A DNA stretch of 27,674 nt from contig NIVC01000638.1 in the NCBI GenBank assembly GCA_002269645.1, positions 1 through 27,674 of the forward strand, read 5' to 3'. Positions within the stretch are counted from its first letter, which is position 1. Each line of letters starts with the position of its first letter. A model generated the notes under the pieces. That model saw nothing but the letters and a program-made list of their open reading frames with translations. It made no database searches and was not told the origin of the DNA. Below are positions 1 to 11,320 of this stretch, piece after piece. Origin of the DNA: Macrostomum lignano. Its lineage: Eukaryota. Made by a program: the position numbers and the translations under genes.

Positions 1-175
1 GAGAGGAAGAGGAGGGGAGAGAGAGGAGAGGGAGGGAGAGGGAGGGAGAGAGAAGAGGGAGGGGAGAAGAGAGGGAGGAGAGGAGAGGAAGGGGAGGAGA
101 GGGAGGGAGGGAAGAAGAGAGGGAGGGAGAGGGAGAGAGAAGAGAGAAGGGAGAAGGGAGAAGAGGGAGGAGAGG
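1..175. repeat. GA-rich polypurine low-complexity tract
   Basis: Only G and A from base 1 to about 172 (gagag/ggagg/gaaga mixtures). Confidence 0.9.
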
Positions 176-574
176 TGGCAATAATTGAAGAGTTAACATG
201 CAGGTACATGTGTATTGGATTTCAAGCAGCTCAGTGCTCAAAAACCGCTGATTGACAGGTTGCTATTGCGACGCAGCAGGCACTGTTGAATTCTAGTCAT
301 TAATGTAGTGCAGCATGCCAGCGCCCCGACTGCAGCATAAAGCAATTTCTTTTTGAACTGAGCTGGCGGAAATTCGAGTTCAAACAGCGCTAAGCTTCGC
401 AATGAAGGGAATCGCAGGCCCCGTCACGAGCTCGCAGATCAGAAATCCACATTTTAAGGCGATTCTTTTGAAGGAGGCAGGAAATAATTACCAGCGCGGC
501 GAGGCCAGCTGGTCTGGGCGACACCTCGGGAGGCATTCTGTGCGAAATTACTGGTTGGCATAGTTGGAGCAAGG

Positions 575-800
575 ATTGGGATTTTGTTGGTGGATTGGGA
601 TTTCTGTTAGTAGGATTGGTATTTGTTAATGGTATTTCTGCTATTTTAATTGGGATTTCTGTTAGTGGATTGGGATTTCTGCTATTTGAATTGGGATTTC
701 TGTTAGTGGGATGGGATTTTTGCTATTTGAATTGGGATTTCTGTTAGTGGGATGGATTTTTGCTATTTGAATTGGGATTCTGTTAATGGGACTGAGATTT
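575..800. repeat. Degenerate minisatellite, about 41-bp unit made of two ~20-bp subunits
   Basis: Recurring GCTATTTGAATTGGGATTTCTGTTAGTGGGATGGGATTTTT-like units. Confidence 0.7.
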
Positions 801-1506
801 CTCAGTAGGGTTGAGTTCAACGAGATCGGGATTTGGATTCCGAGAAAATGCGATACGCTCGCAGCAGAACTGCATTGGTCCAATTTCCAATGAGTGGAGA
901 TGCAAATTATTCAGAATTACATGTATGCTAATTCATATGCGGCCTACTTAGCATAAACAGCAGCAGGCTTGGCACCATGGCACTCGTATATTAAAGAAAC
1001 AGCTAAAAAAATCAACTGCATATTTTACAACTCAACAAGCCCAGCTCTCTAAGGCAGTTTAACAGAATATGCAAACTCGACAGCTTAGTCAGAATTTAAT
1101 GGCCAAAAATTTCTCCGATCTAATTTACAACCGCCACAGACTGGGCTGGTGGGCTCACAGCAGAACATGGAGCAAAAGATGCCCGCATTCGAATTAGAAA
1201 CGGCAGGAAATTTAAAGTACTTGCTAAATAAAAAACAAGCAAAAGGTATTTATTTACTACTTATTAGTAAGTAACAGTAGTGTGATAAGCAAATTGCTAC
1301 GCTTTGTGAGAAAGAATAAATAAATAAACAGATAAACTATAAAACAAACTACTATACAACCGGCCACAAAGACTAGCAGATGTGGCAAACTCAATGCTGC
1401 TCTGGTCAAGCAGAGGCGACAAACACTGCGTTGAAATTGAATCAAAAACTTTTCTTAGCTGACAGATCGGCGCCGGACCACAAAGTTGGGAGTGGGACGG
1501 ATCTGA

Positions 1507-2998
1507 ACACAGGTGAGTCAGGAAAGGAACTCAGGTGAGTCAGGAAAGGAACTCAGGTGAGTCAGGAAAGGAACTCAGGTGAGTCAGGAAAGAACCTCAG
1601 GTGAGTCAGGAAAGGAACTCAGGTGAGTCAGGAAAGGAACTCAGGTGAGTCAGGGAAGTACCTCAGGTGAGTCAGGAAAGGAACTCAGGTGAGTCAGGAA
1701 AGGAACTCAGGTGAGTCAGGAAAGAACCTCAGGTGAGTCAGGAAAGGAACTCAGGTGAGTCAGGAAAGGAACTCAGGTGAGTCAGGAAAGAACCTCAGGT
1801 GAGTCAGGAAAGGAACTCAGGAGGAACTCAGGTGAGTCAGGAAAGGAACTCAGGTAGTCAGTAAGGAAAAACTCCGATCAGGAAAGAACAGGACTCTGGT
1901 GAGTCAGGAAAGGAACTCAGGTGAGTCAGGGAAGTACCTCAGGTGAGTCAGGAAAGGAACTCAGTGAGTCAGGAAAGGAACTCAGGTGAGTCAGGAAAGA
2001 ACCTCAGGTGAGTCAGGAAAGGAACTCAGGTGAGTCAGGAAAGGAACTCAGGTGAGTCAGGAAAGAACCTCAGGTGAGTCAGGAAAGGAACTCAGGTGAG
2101 TCAGGAAAGGAACTCAGGTGAGTCAGGAAAGGAACACAGGTGAGTCAGGAAAGGAACTCAGGTGAGTCAGGAAAGGAACTCAGGTGAGTCAGGAAAGGAA
2201 CTCAGGTGAGTCAGGAAAGGAACTCAGGTGAGTCAGGAAAGAACTCAGGTGAGTCAGGAAAGGAACTCAGGTGAGTCAGGAAAGGAACTCAGGTGAGTCA
2301 GGAAAGAACCTCAGGTGAGTCAGGAAAGGAACTCAGGTGAGTCAGGAAAGGAACTCAGGTGAGTCAGGAAAGGAACACAGGTGAGTCAGGAAAGGAACTC
2401 AGGTGAGTCAGGAAAGGAACTCAGGTGAGTCAGGAAAGGAACTCAGGTGAGTCAGGAAAGGAACACAGGTGAGTCAGGGAAGTACCTCAGGTGAGTCAGG
2501 AAAGGAACTCAGGTGAGTCAGGAAAGGAACTCAGGTGAGTCAGGAAAGAACCTCAGGTGAGTCAGGAAAGGAACTCAGGTGAGTCAGGAAAGGAACCAGG
2601 TGAGTCAGGGAAGTACCTCAGGTGAGTCAGGGAAGTACCTCAGGTGAGTCAGGAAAGAACCTCAGGTGAGTCAGGAAAGGAACTCAGGTGAGTCAGGAAA
2701 GGAACTCAGGTGAGTCAGGAAAGGAACTCAGGTGAGTCAGGAAAGGACTCAGGTGAGTCAGGAACTCAGGTGAGTCAGGAAAGGAACTCAGGTGAGTCAG
2801 GAAAGGAACACAGATGAGTCAGGAAAGGAACTCAGGTGAGTCAGGAAAGGAACTCAGGTGAGTCAGGAAAGGAACACAGGTGAGTCAGGAAAGGAACTCA
2901 GGTGAGTCAGGAAAGGAACTCAGGTGAGTCAGGAAAGGAACTCAGGTGAGTCAGGAAAGGAACTCAGGTGAGTCAGGAAAGGAACTCAGGTGAGTCAG
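1507..2998. repeat. 22-bp minisatellite, about 68 copies (CAGGTGAGTCAGGAAAGGAACT)
   Basis: Tandem copies read directly, with recurrent variants (GAAAGAACCT, GGGAAGTACCT, GGAACAC) and a degenerate patch at about 1815-1900. No spacers. Confidence 0.97.
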
Positions 2999-3000
2999 CA

Positions 3001-5702
3001 TCAGAAGGGAAACAGCGGCTTGTACGCCAGGTACACGGGGTGGCTGGCAGTCGAGGCGGAGGCGTAGGCAGCATCGGCAGCCGCTGAGACGTCGGGAGCG
3101 GCGGTGAAGTTGGCGGCATCGTCCAGAATTTCCACGCTACGCCGGGACCCGAAGAACTCCAGCACGGACACCTGGGCGGGGTCCCGGTTGTACAGGTCCA
3201 GCTTGGCGGTCACGTGGGACAGGCACTCGTGGTAGGGGCACACCCCGAGAAAATCGGCGAGGGTGTGCCGGCTGGTGGGCCCCACCTTCTCCAGGAACTG
3301 CAGCAGGTAGTAGGAGTACCGGTCGGCCACGTAGACTCCCAGTTTGGGATCCACGTGGTGAGACAGCGAGTCCTCGCCTACCCGGCTGCTGCCGAGCGCC
3401 AGGATGTTGGGCGAGTACACGGGCAGCGCCATGGAGTAGGCCTGGCAGCTGTCCACAATGAACAGGATCTCCCGGTAGCGCCGCTTCTGCCACATCTGCT
3501 CGAATGCGTCGGCGAGCTCCTGCGGCGGTTGGAGTGGACTGGTTGGTTGCTATGGGGATTCTGCGGGCCGGGGAGCTGGTAACACAGGAGGGGAAGCTGG
3601 TAACACAGGCGGGTCCATAAGCGGCTCACCTGGGAGGAAACCTCCTCGTTATCCTGGAACTTGACGAAGCCGTCGCCGCCATGGCCGGTGATGTAGATGA
3701 GGATGTTGGACTGGTCATCGGTGAGCAGCCGCTTGCTCGGAGCCGTGCCGGGCACGTGGCGGCCTGTGAGCAGCCGGATGAAGTTCTCAACTGTGACCTC
3801 GTAGCCGCCGTAGTCGACTTCCACGGTGTCGCCGTACAGGTTGGTCTTCTCCGCCGCGTTGTCGAAGATGGTGGCCGGGCGAGGGTTGCGAGCGTTGCAG
3901 GCCATCTCGTCAGCGATCATCAGGATGATGTGGCTGCGGGATGGGGCGGGTGCTGCTAGGGATCTGGGGGCGTGAAGCTCTGGATTTTGTGAAGCTAGGG
4001 AACTGGGATCTGGGTGATGAAGTAGGGAACTGGGATCTGGGTGATGAAGTTAGGGATCTGAGATCTGGGTGATGAAGTTAGGATCTGAGATCTGGGTGAT
4101 GAAGCTAGGGATCTGGAAGCTAGGTAATAAAGCTAGGAATCTCAGATCTGTGTGATAAAGCTAGAGATCTAGGATCTAGATGATAAAGCTAGAGATCTGG
4201 GATCTGGGTGATGAAGCTAGAGATCTGAGATCTAGGTGATGAAGCTAAGGATCTGGGATCTGGGAGATAAAACTAGAGATCTGGGATTAGTGATAGACCG
4301 AATGTAGATTTTTGCAAGGTTCCAAAACTGAATCCGAATGTACAAAAAATTCCTAATCCGAATCCAAATATCCAAATGTGTTTCCGAAAGTAGATAAAAG
4401 TAAAAGGTAAACATTGACACCTTTCTATGACAAAAATGCCTTCGTCATCTACTGATGTAATCGTCATCTGCATTAGTAATTGTACGACGTATTAATTCTG
4501 TACATTAATTTACTAACAAGATTCAATCTAATCTCAAGCTTATACTATATCTATCTAGTATCTGAATTGAATTAAACTTAGAATTGAACTCAATTCTTAT
4601 ATATCTAATCTAACTAATTCAAATTATTAATACTAACTGACATTACATTTGTGCAATTTGATAACTTTACCGTGTATAGTGAACCGTAAAGTCTGTTGCA
4701 TTTGCATTTTGAAAAAATGATGATTAAACTTAAACAATGATTACTGCAATTAAATGTTTCTGCGACTTTAGGTTGAATGCCTCAAAGGTCCCAAAGTTAA
4801 ATAACTTTACTTATTAACACTTTTAATAATATATGTTACTACAAAAACAGATGATTGTAAAAACAAACAATATTACATTAAATTTTGCATTATTATTTTT
4901 CTAATTGACTTTCTTTTCAAAAGTTGTATTTCTTTTATGTTAGCATAGTTTTGTTTTGGTTTTTCAATTTTTTCATATTCAGAAGCACATTTAGAAATTT
5001 GGAAAATAATATTTCTGAATCCGAATATTTGGATCTATTACTATCTGGGATCTTGATGATAAAGCTAGAAATCTGGGATCTGGGAACAAGGATCCTATAC
5101 TGGGTGACCTAGCATAATAATAGGTTATCCAATATAGGAAGTTGCCAAAGCACTTTTGTGGATTAGTTGCAACAAAGAAACTTGCTAAGAAAGGAGTTAA
5201 AAAATTGTATAATTTTAGCTATAGAATTTCAAGTCTTCACTTGTACTCTTGAATTGGATTGTTTGGATCAACAAAATACAGACAGTGAAAGAAATATATC
5301 TATAGTTAGGATTAGGAAGTGCACTATAATGACTATATACTTGCCAACTATATTAGGCCTAGTCAAAATGTATATCCTAAGAAATATATGCTAGCTAGCT
5401 AGGCTACTTCTAAATAACTGGCAGCAGTGAATTAGCAGACCTTAAGTATGCTTTAAAAAACTTGTTTTAGATCATATATGTTAAAAATCCAAAGTTAAAA
5501 TAATTTAATGAAGGAAACTAATACATTGGTAGTTTTCATATAGGCAATAAAACAAAATATAATTAATTAAAACTTACCTATCAGGCATGCCAAGTCTTTT
5601 GATGCTATGATAGATTGAAAGCACATTTCCAACATGCCGATAGTTGAACCAGAACCTAGATGTGTCCACCAGAACAGCCCAGGTGTTTGATGGTGAAAAT
5701 GT
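3001..5702 (-). CDS. PIGK: GPI-anchor transamidase catalytic subunit (C13 peptidase family); exons complement(5702..5578, 3933..3630, 3519..3001); 5' signal-peptide exon(s) unresolved
   Basis: Spliced translation gives [60 protein letters not shown]...YITGHGGDGFVKFQD...IVDSCQA. Catalytic His (GHG) and Cys (DSC) are intact. Introns 5577..3934 (GTAAGT...CGCAG) and 3629..3520 (GTGAGC...CGCAG) keep frame: 948 nt = 316 codons including TGA. Confidence 0.92.
3955..4290. repeat. Intronic minisatellite, 21/28-bp units (GATCTGGGTGATGAAGCTAGG-like)
   Basis: Tandem degenerate units at the acceptor end of the 1644-bp PIGK intron; a related dispersed copy lies at about 5045-5095. Confidence 0.8.
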
Positions 5703-6577
5703 CTACAATTTTATATAAAGTTGGATATAAGGATTGGAATATACGACCAGTTACATAAATCCTAATTCATTTTTTGCTTAGTCTAGGGTCAGATATCTTT
5801 TTAACATAATAGAGGCCTATGGCTATACAAATTCATCATCTACTTTCAGCTTCATCAGCTGATTAACTGTTTGAAAACACACAGGGTTTTAAGATTATAA
5901 GATATTATTAGATTATGAAACAAGGGTTAGAAAGAAATAATACTAGTCTAAAATCTGGTATTCTAATTTCCGAGTAAAAACCTTAGAATTAAGATACTCA
6001 CACATTGTCCAATCGAGATAGACAATGAAATTGAAATAAAAGTAGCAATAATAAAATGATTCTTCATATTAAAATATACGAATTCTTGTCAGCCGAGCTT
6101 ACTAGGCTAATTAAAGCAATAAAAACTGATTAATCAATTAATTTTCATTTCATGTTATTGCATGGATAAGTGCTCAAGGAATGGAAAATGGTGAATGTGA
6201 ATTAGAAATAAAACGAATATTAAATCGTCTTTCAGAAGCAAACTGAATTTTTAGATTTGCGTCTAAAATAACAAAGTTCAACAAAACAAAAGAACCAATA
6301 ATTTTCATAATTTAAAAAAGCAAGACTGAGACGTTCTGTATATATTTTGTCTGCAATACGTTTTTTGTATTACTTAGGAACAGTTGGCTAGTTGCCTTTG
6401 CCCCTACTCTTTATTTTCAGAATTGGATAAGTACAATTTTTATTAAAATATAAAAAAAATCAGCAAATGCTAATAAATAGAGAATTAAAATCTGTGTCAC
6501 GAATCTGACCGAAAGGGTGCATTAGAAGTGGCAGTTTATCAGAAAAAGTCTACTGAAATGATATATTTTACTAAAAC

Positions 6578-6593
6578 GGCCCTTTTGAGGGCC
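6578..6593 (+). promoter_or_regulatory. Orphan histone 3' stem-loop (intact)
   Basis: TAAAAC-GGCCCT-TTTG-AGGGCC-ACATA: perfect 6-bp stem, 4-nt loop and typical flanks. No histone ORF upstream. Confidence 0.7.
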
Positions 6594-8141
6594 ACATAAA
6601 GTGCTCGTTCCTGTAAATAGCATGCAACCCCCAAGGTTTTTCCACCCCGTTGCTTGCTTGTAATATTTTTTTCAAATCAACTAAAATTGTCGCATATCGC
6701 TTAATGGGCGCCTATACAAATTTGATTTGTGATTTCAGAGAAAATTTTACTGTTCCAATTATAATTATCACTTTCATAATCAGACGTTCACTTTTGCAGC
6801 AACTGAAACCGGCGGCCCACTTCGACGTCTGATCAAGATCATTAATTAAACTGACGCAGTCGGGTGGCGATCAAAAGTCTTGCTGTTCATGTTCATGTAC
6901 ATGTAAAAATGTAAAATGGTTCATTTTCGTGTTACATATTTCATTGGTTAATTAATTGGTTTTAATTGGTTTAATGGTTTCATTGGTTAGTGCGCAACAA
7001 CTGCTGCACAACAACTGCCTGCTGAGACAACTGCCTGCAAGACTATAGCTGAGCTTGTTCATCATCAGATAGCATCCTATAGTTATGAAACTATTTGCTA
7101 CTACTACAGTATATACATTGGTTCACTTTAGTTATTAACTTAGTTTTAATAAAAGTAAATAAACATGCATGCACAAAACTATTTCCTTGGTTGGTAGTAA
7201 TTTAATTCACTACCACCTCAAAATTATAGATAGCTTTGTCAGCTAGGGAATGCTCCCCCTGGGGAACTGACCGGCGAGTGGAGAGGAGACCCCGGGAGAA
7301 AGAAATATTAAGAAATACAAATCGTAACTTAATTTTTGCCATTTAAATAATTCACAGAAAGCAAACTTGACTGTTGACTGTTGACTGTTTATTCTTTTTA
7401 ACTGCATATAACTGCGTTATTTCAAACACGTTTTCATTGCTGCTGCGACAGTTGCTGCTACCGCCCTTGTCGCCCTCCACCTTTGTGGCTGGCGATGATG
7501 GCGCCCCTTTTCAAAAAGGCTCCTCACCGCCGCCGCCCACAACTTCTAGTAGTCCTTGAAAGATTGTATTAATTACCTTTGAGACCGCTGCATTCAATTG
7601 GAATCTTTTTAATTTAATACCTGCATACATGCTGTGCTTGTTTTACTTTGTAGTGCATTTAATTAATCAATAATTCAAACTTTTTGAAACTTTTCAATAA
7701 TTCACTGAGTGCAGCCTAGCTAAGAACCCAATAACGCAATTTGTTTCAAAAAAAGAACAAACACTAGTAAATTGCGATCAGCTGCTAGATATGCCCACTT
7801 TTTCCAATAGTACATGCATGAGCAATACGCGAGCAAAAAACTGAAGGTTAAGTATAACTTCACCAACCCCATTTGACAGTGCAAAGAGCGCACTTGTTTT
7901 ATTGTCTGTCAGTGCAAATTTCGTACAGAAGCCTTAAAGATTGCTATACTTTTAGGGTGCTACTTTAATGCACATATAACGTAAAAACTCACTAAAATTC
8001 TTTCCCGCATTGGCCAGAATGGCTTGAAATGGATTTGGGTTATATATTCCTGCCCCTTCCAGCGCCAACCCAGAAAAACTTCACGATCGATAATTTCTGA
8101 CCAACGAGGAGACACCCCACCCCTCAGAGGGTGTACATTTT

Positions 8142-8185
8142 TACTTAAAGCCGAAAGCTTTGCCCCAATCTGAGACCATTCATAC
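8142..8185 (+). promoter_or_regulatory. Putative H4 core promoter (TATA-like TACTTAAA and CATTC cap-site motif)
   Basis: TACTTAAA at 8142-8149 and CCATTCAT at 8176-8183, about 35 nt apart and about 55 nt upstream of the ATG. Motif match only. Confidence 0.3.
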
Positions 8186-8218
8186 TACTGTCTATAGCAA
8201 TCTCTTAGTTCAAAGTAA

Positions 8219-8545
<327 letters not shown>

Positions 8546-8614
8546 GCAGACTTCGCCTGATTAGCCCTAGTGCTGCTATCGTAGCTCAGCTGCGCATTTA
8601 CTGAACGCTAAAAC

Positions 8615-8630
8615 GGCCCTTTTCAGGGCC
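8615..8630 (+). terminator. Histone mRNA 3' stem-loop (SLBP site) of H4
   Basis: AAAAC-GGCCCT-TTTC-AGGGCC-ACCAAA, 70 nt after the H4 stop; canonical consensus. Confidence 0.95.
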
Positions 8631-9116
8631 ACCAAATTTATTGATGTCCAAGTCGTCTATTTGTGTAATTGTGTGTACAGAATACAGACTTCGATTAAAC
8701 CTTTAACTAAGTCTTAAGGATGTGCATGGTGAATATTAGGGTCTTATCACTATCAGCAGAAAGGTATGCAGGCAGGTAGTAGTTATTGCAGTTGTATGCA
8801 CTGGCCGGTCGGTCCGTTTCTATCCTCGTTAAAGCATCGTCAAAATTTAAAAAAATAAGATCAGCAAAAAAATTGATTTAACTTTAAATTTTCAAATCAA
8901 GCGTTGATCACTGTACATGAATGATTACTGTATGATATATGTAACGATTAAAATAAATACACACTAACTTCTGACAATTTAAACCGTGATAGTTTTGATT
9001 TCAATAATGCGCACATCTTGCATTCGAATACAGTTGTTAATTCAATCCACTAGTTGCAAAAGAATTTCTTGTGTAGAAATTTCTACCGACTCTATAGTGT
9101 AGTATAAAGTTAAAAC

Positions 9117-9132
9117 GGCCCTTTTAAGGGCA
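9117..9132 (+). promoter_or_regulatory. Orphan histone stem-loop copy (one basal mismatch)
   Basis: TAAAAC-GGCCCT-TTTA-AGGGCA. Confidence 0.55.
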
Positions 9133-9445
9133 GCTAAATAGATGCCACTGCGTGTTGAAAAATTCTGCTAGACAATCATTCTAGCTTTCATTTGTACGTT
9201 GTTGCCTTCGCGACTTAATAAATTCTCTTTTCTGATACATTTAAAGGTCTTAAGAATTAAATATTAGTAACGTACTGTAGTAGTATACTATACCAACCAA
9301 CTAAAAAAAACTTACCCCTTTCTGATTCTTGCGACTAGCGGACAGTCACTTTACACTGCAGTGTAAGAAACAATGACCATTTTTGCATTTGCTTCCTTTG
9401 GTCACTTCCTATTTCTTTTCTTGCATTCATTACAAACGTTAAAAC

Positions 9446-9461
9446 GGCCCTTTTCAGAACC
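9446..9461 (+). promoter_or_regulatory. Orphan histone stem-loop copy (3' arm degenerate)
   Basis: TAAAAC-GGCCCT-TTTC-AGAACC-ACCAA; flanks match the H4 copy, with two stem mismatches. Confidence 0.55.
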
Positions 9462-9589
9462 ACCAATCCTATATCCTAAAAATTAAAGTCATTTGAATGA
9501 AATCTAAATGCAACCAATTATTTGTACAAACTTCAATGTAATGCATACGTATAAATCTGTATATGAGGATGTATATCCCAGTTATTAGA

Positions 9590-10630
9590 AGGTTCTTCAG
9601 AAATGTTACTCTCTCTGCCGTCTTCCACGATCTCTTCTTCCTTCAATCTTCAATCAAGATGCGCCTCAAAAACCATGAACCTCGTTTGCGATTGATTCTT
9701 CTCTGCATAGCTGGTGATATTAAATGAACATGTCCAGCACTCCGACCAGTGTGTGATCAGAATAGGGAGAAAAATACGTAGATATACATGTTAACAGTAA
9801 ATAATTCTTGACTTTCCATTATCAGGAATTTCAGGCTTGCAAAAATTAATGTATATTATTCTTAAACCCATCTTTCACTTTCCAATACCACTCAGTTTAA
9901 GAATTTCTTGCAACTTATTAAATTCCGTTTCCATTTCTGCATGTCGTCAGCATTACATGCATGTAATCTCAGGTCGTTCAAAGTTGTGACGTCGACCTGA
10001 CGAGTCCCGGCAGGTCTTCAGATTCTCGCAGAATGTTTTCACTGTACATGTATATGTAAGGGTTGAATAAATCAGGAGAGGTCACCGCCGATTTGAACTA
10101 CAGACGCAATCTGTGTTTTGCTCACGTCACTACTTAAAACCCTCTATGAGCACTTGCATGTACATGTATCAGACCTTTCGGTTGTAGTTCATTAATTCGT
10201 TCCATTGCAATTCCGTAAATCCCGGGGGCTTTGAGGGATTTCATCCCGCTGATGGCAAATCTGAACTCCGATTTCAAGATTGCTGGTCCATGTTGTAGTG
10301 AGTGAAACGAGGCTAGACTGCTTGTTGTAGTCGATAGTTGCCGAAAGCTTGCAGGCGAGAATAATTGCGATCAGTATATTTATTGAATTATTGAGCTGAG
10401 TCAGAATGGTGGCTAAAGTCGCACCATGCACATTTGATATTGTACGCATAAGGGTTGAGCTAGCAGAGTCACGCGGCGCAGCCGCTAACAACCCCCAACA
10501 CACACACGATAGTAGGCGCTGCCTACACATGTGGCGATCCTTCCTGATGTTAGGCATCTCCCTTCGGTGAGCATCGAAGAGATCAGTGACAACATATATA
10601 GTCCATCACCGTTCCAGCACCAGCTTCCCT
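9590..10630 (-). mobile_element. Decayed, internally deleted non-LTR retrotransposon (RTE-like LINE) ORF2/reverse transcriptase relic
   Basis: Colinear minus-strand peptide remnants in ORF2 order: VLER..DLFDAHRREMPNIRK (10620-10540); GPAILKSEFRFAISGMKSLKAPGIYGIAME (to 10200); SPDLFNPY/SENILRE (10079-10023); NDLR-YADD (about 9980-9943); KLQEIL..KMGLRI (9916-9857); SECWT/ISPAMQRRIN/WFLRRIL (9745-9655). Many stops and indels. Family assignment is from remembered motifs, not a search. Confidence 0.8.
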
Positions 10631-11179
10631 CCTTCCCAGATAACCAAATGAGTTAGGAATTAATGCTTTTAATTTCTTTCTTGAAACTTTCGCATGTTTT
10701 TTCGTTTTTGCCTACTTAAAGTAGGAATAAAAGTAAACCCAAGGCGGAAAAGCGGCAAAAGCGTCAGAAAGCGGTTTCAAGCGCATAAAACCAGATAAAT
10801 TAAACAGTCGAATAAAGAAAGCATTCTAAACTGAGGGAGCTGTGTGGTTTATTTTCTATCCAGTAGATAAGCTGTAGATAAGCTGTGTGGAGCCGGCGGG
10901 TGCGGGGGCGGGGAGGCAGTTAAACACTCGGATCCATACAGTTGGGAATTGAAGCCGGAGTCAAGCAAGCTGTGCAGGGCTCACAACATCGCACGAGAGG
11001 GCCAGAGGGGATACTGAATACAGAAATCCAACTGGCCGGGGTGCGCAATGCAGATCAGTAGCGGATAAAACTGCAATTTAGAATTGAGTTCCAGGTACAC
11101 AGAATGCAATTAATAATAATAAACAGCGCAGCAGCTCGCCCGGCCTCTGCCAACTGCGCTGCCGCTCTGCACAGGCGGT

Positions 11180-11320
11180 GTTGAGAGAGGAGATTGAGAT
11201 TGAGATGGAGATTGAGATTGATTTGGAGGATATTGAGAATTAGAGGGAGATGGAGACTGAGATTAAGATGGAGATGTAGATAAAGAGGGAGAGGAAGATT
11301 GAGATTGAGATGGAGATGAA
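11180..11320. repeat. Degenerate hexamer repeat (GAGATT/GAGATG)n
   Basis: Seen directly; it explains the LNLNLHL-type ORFs. Confidence 0.7.

Noticed and set aside
1507-2998. Possible CRISPR array (regular short repeats; same for the other arrays)
   Set aside because: Units are head-to-tail with no unique spacers, there are no cas genes, and the context is eukaryotic.
5790-6180. PIGK first exon or a spliced-leader-supplied ATG
   Set aside because: A signal-peptide-like stretch (SVFIALISLVSSADKNS, about 6125-6075) exists, but I could not join it in frame or find a valid start. No SL RNA gene was recognised.
10192-10557. 121-aa ATG-initiated ORF as a novel small protein
   Set aside because: No recognisable motif, and it overlies the RTE relic, whose motifs lie mostly in other frames.
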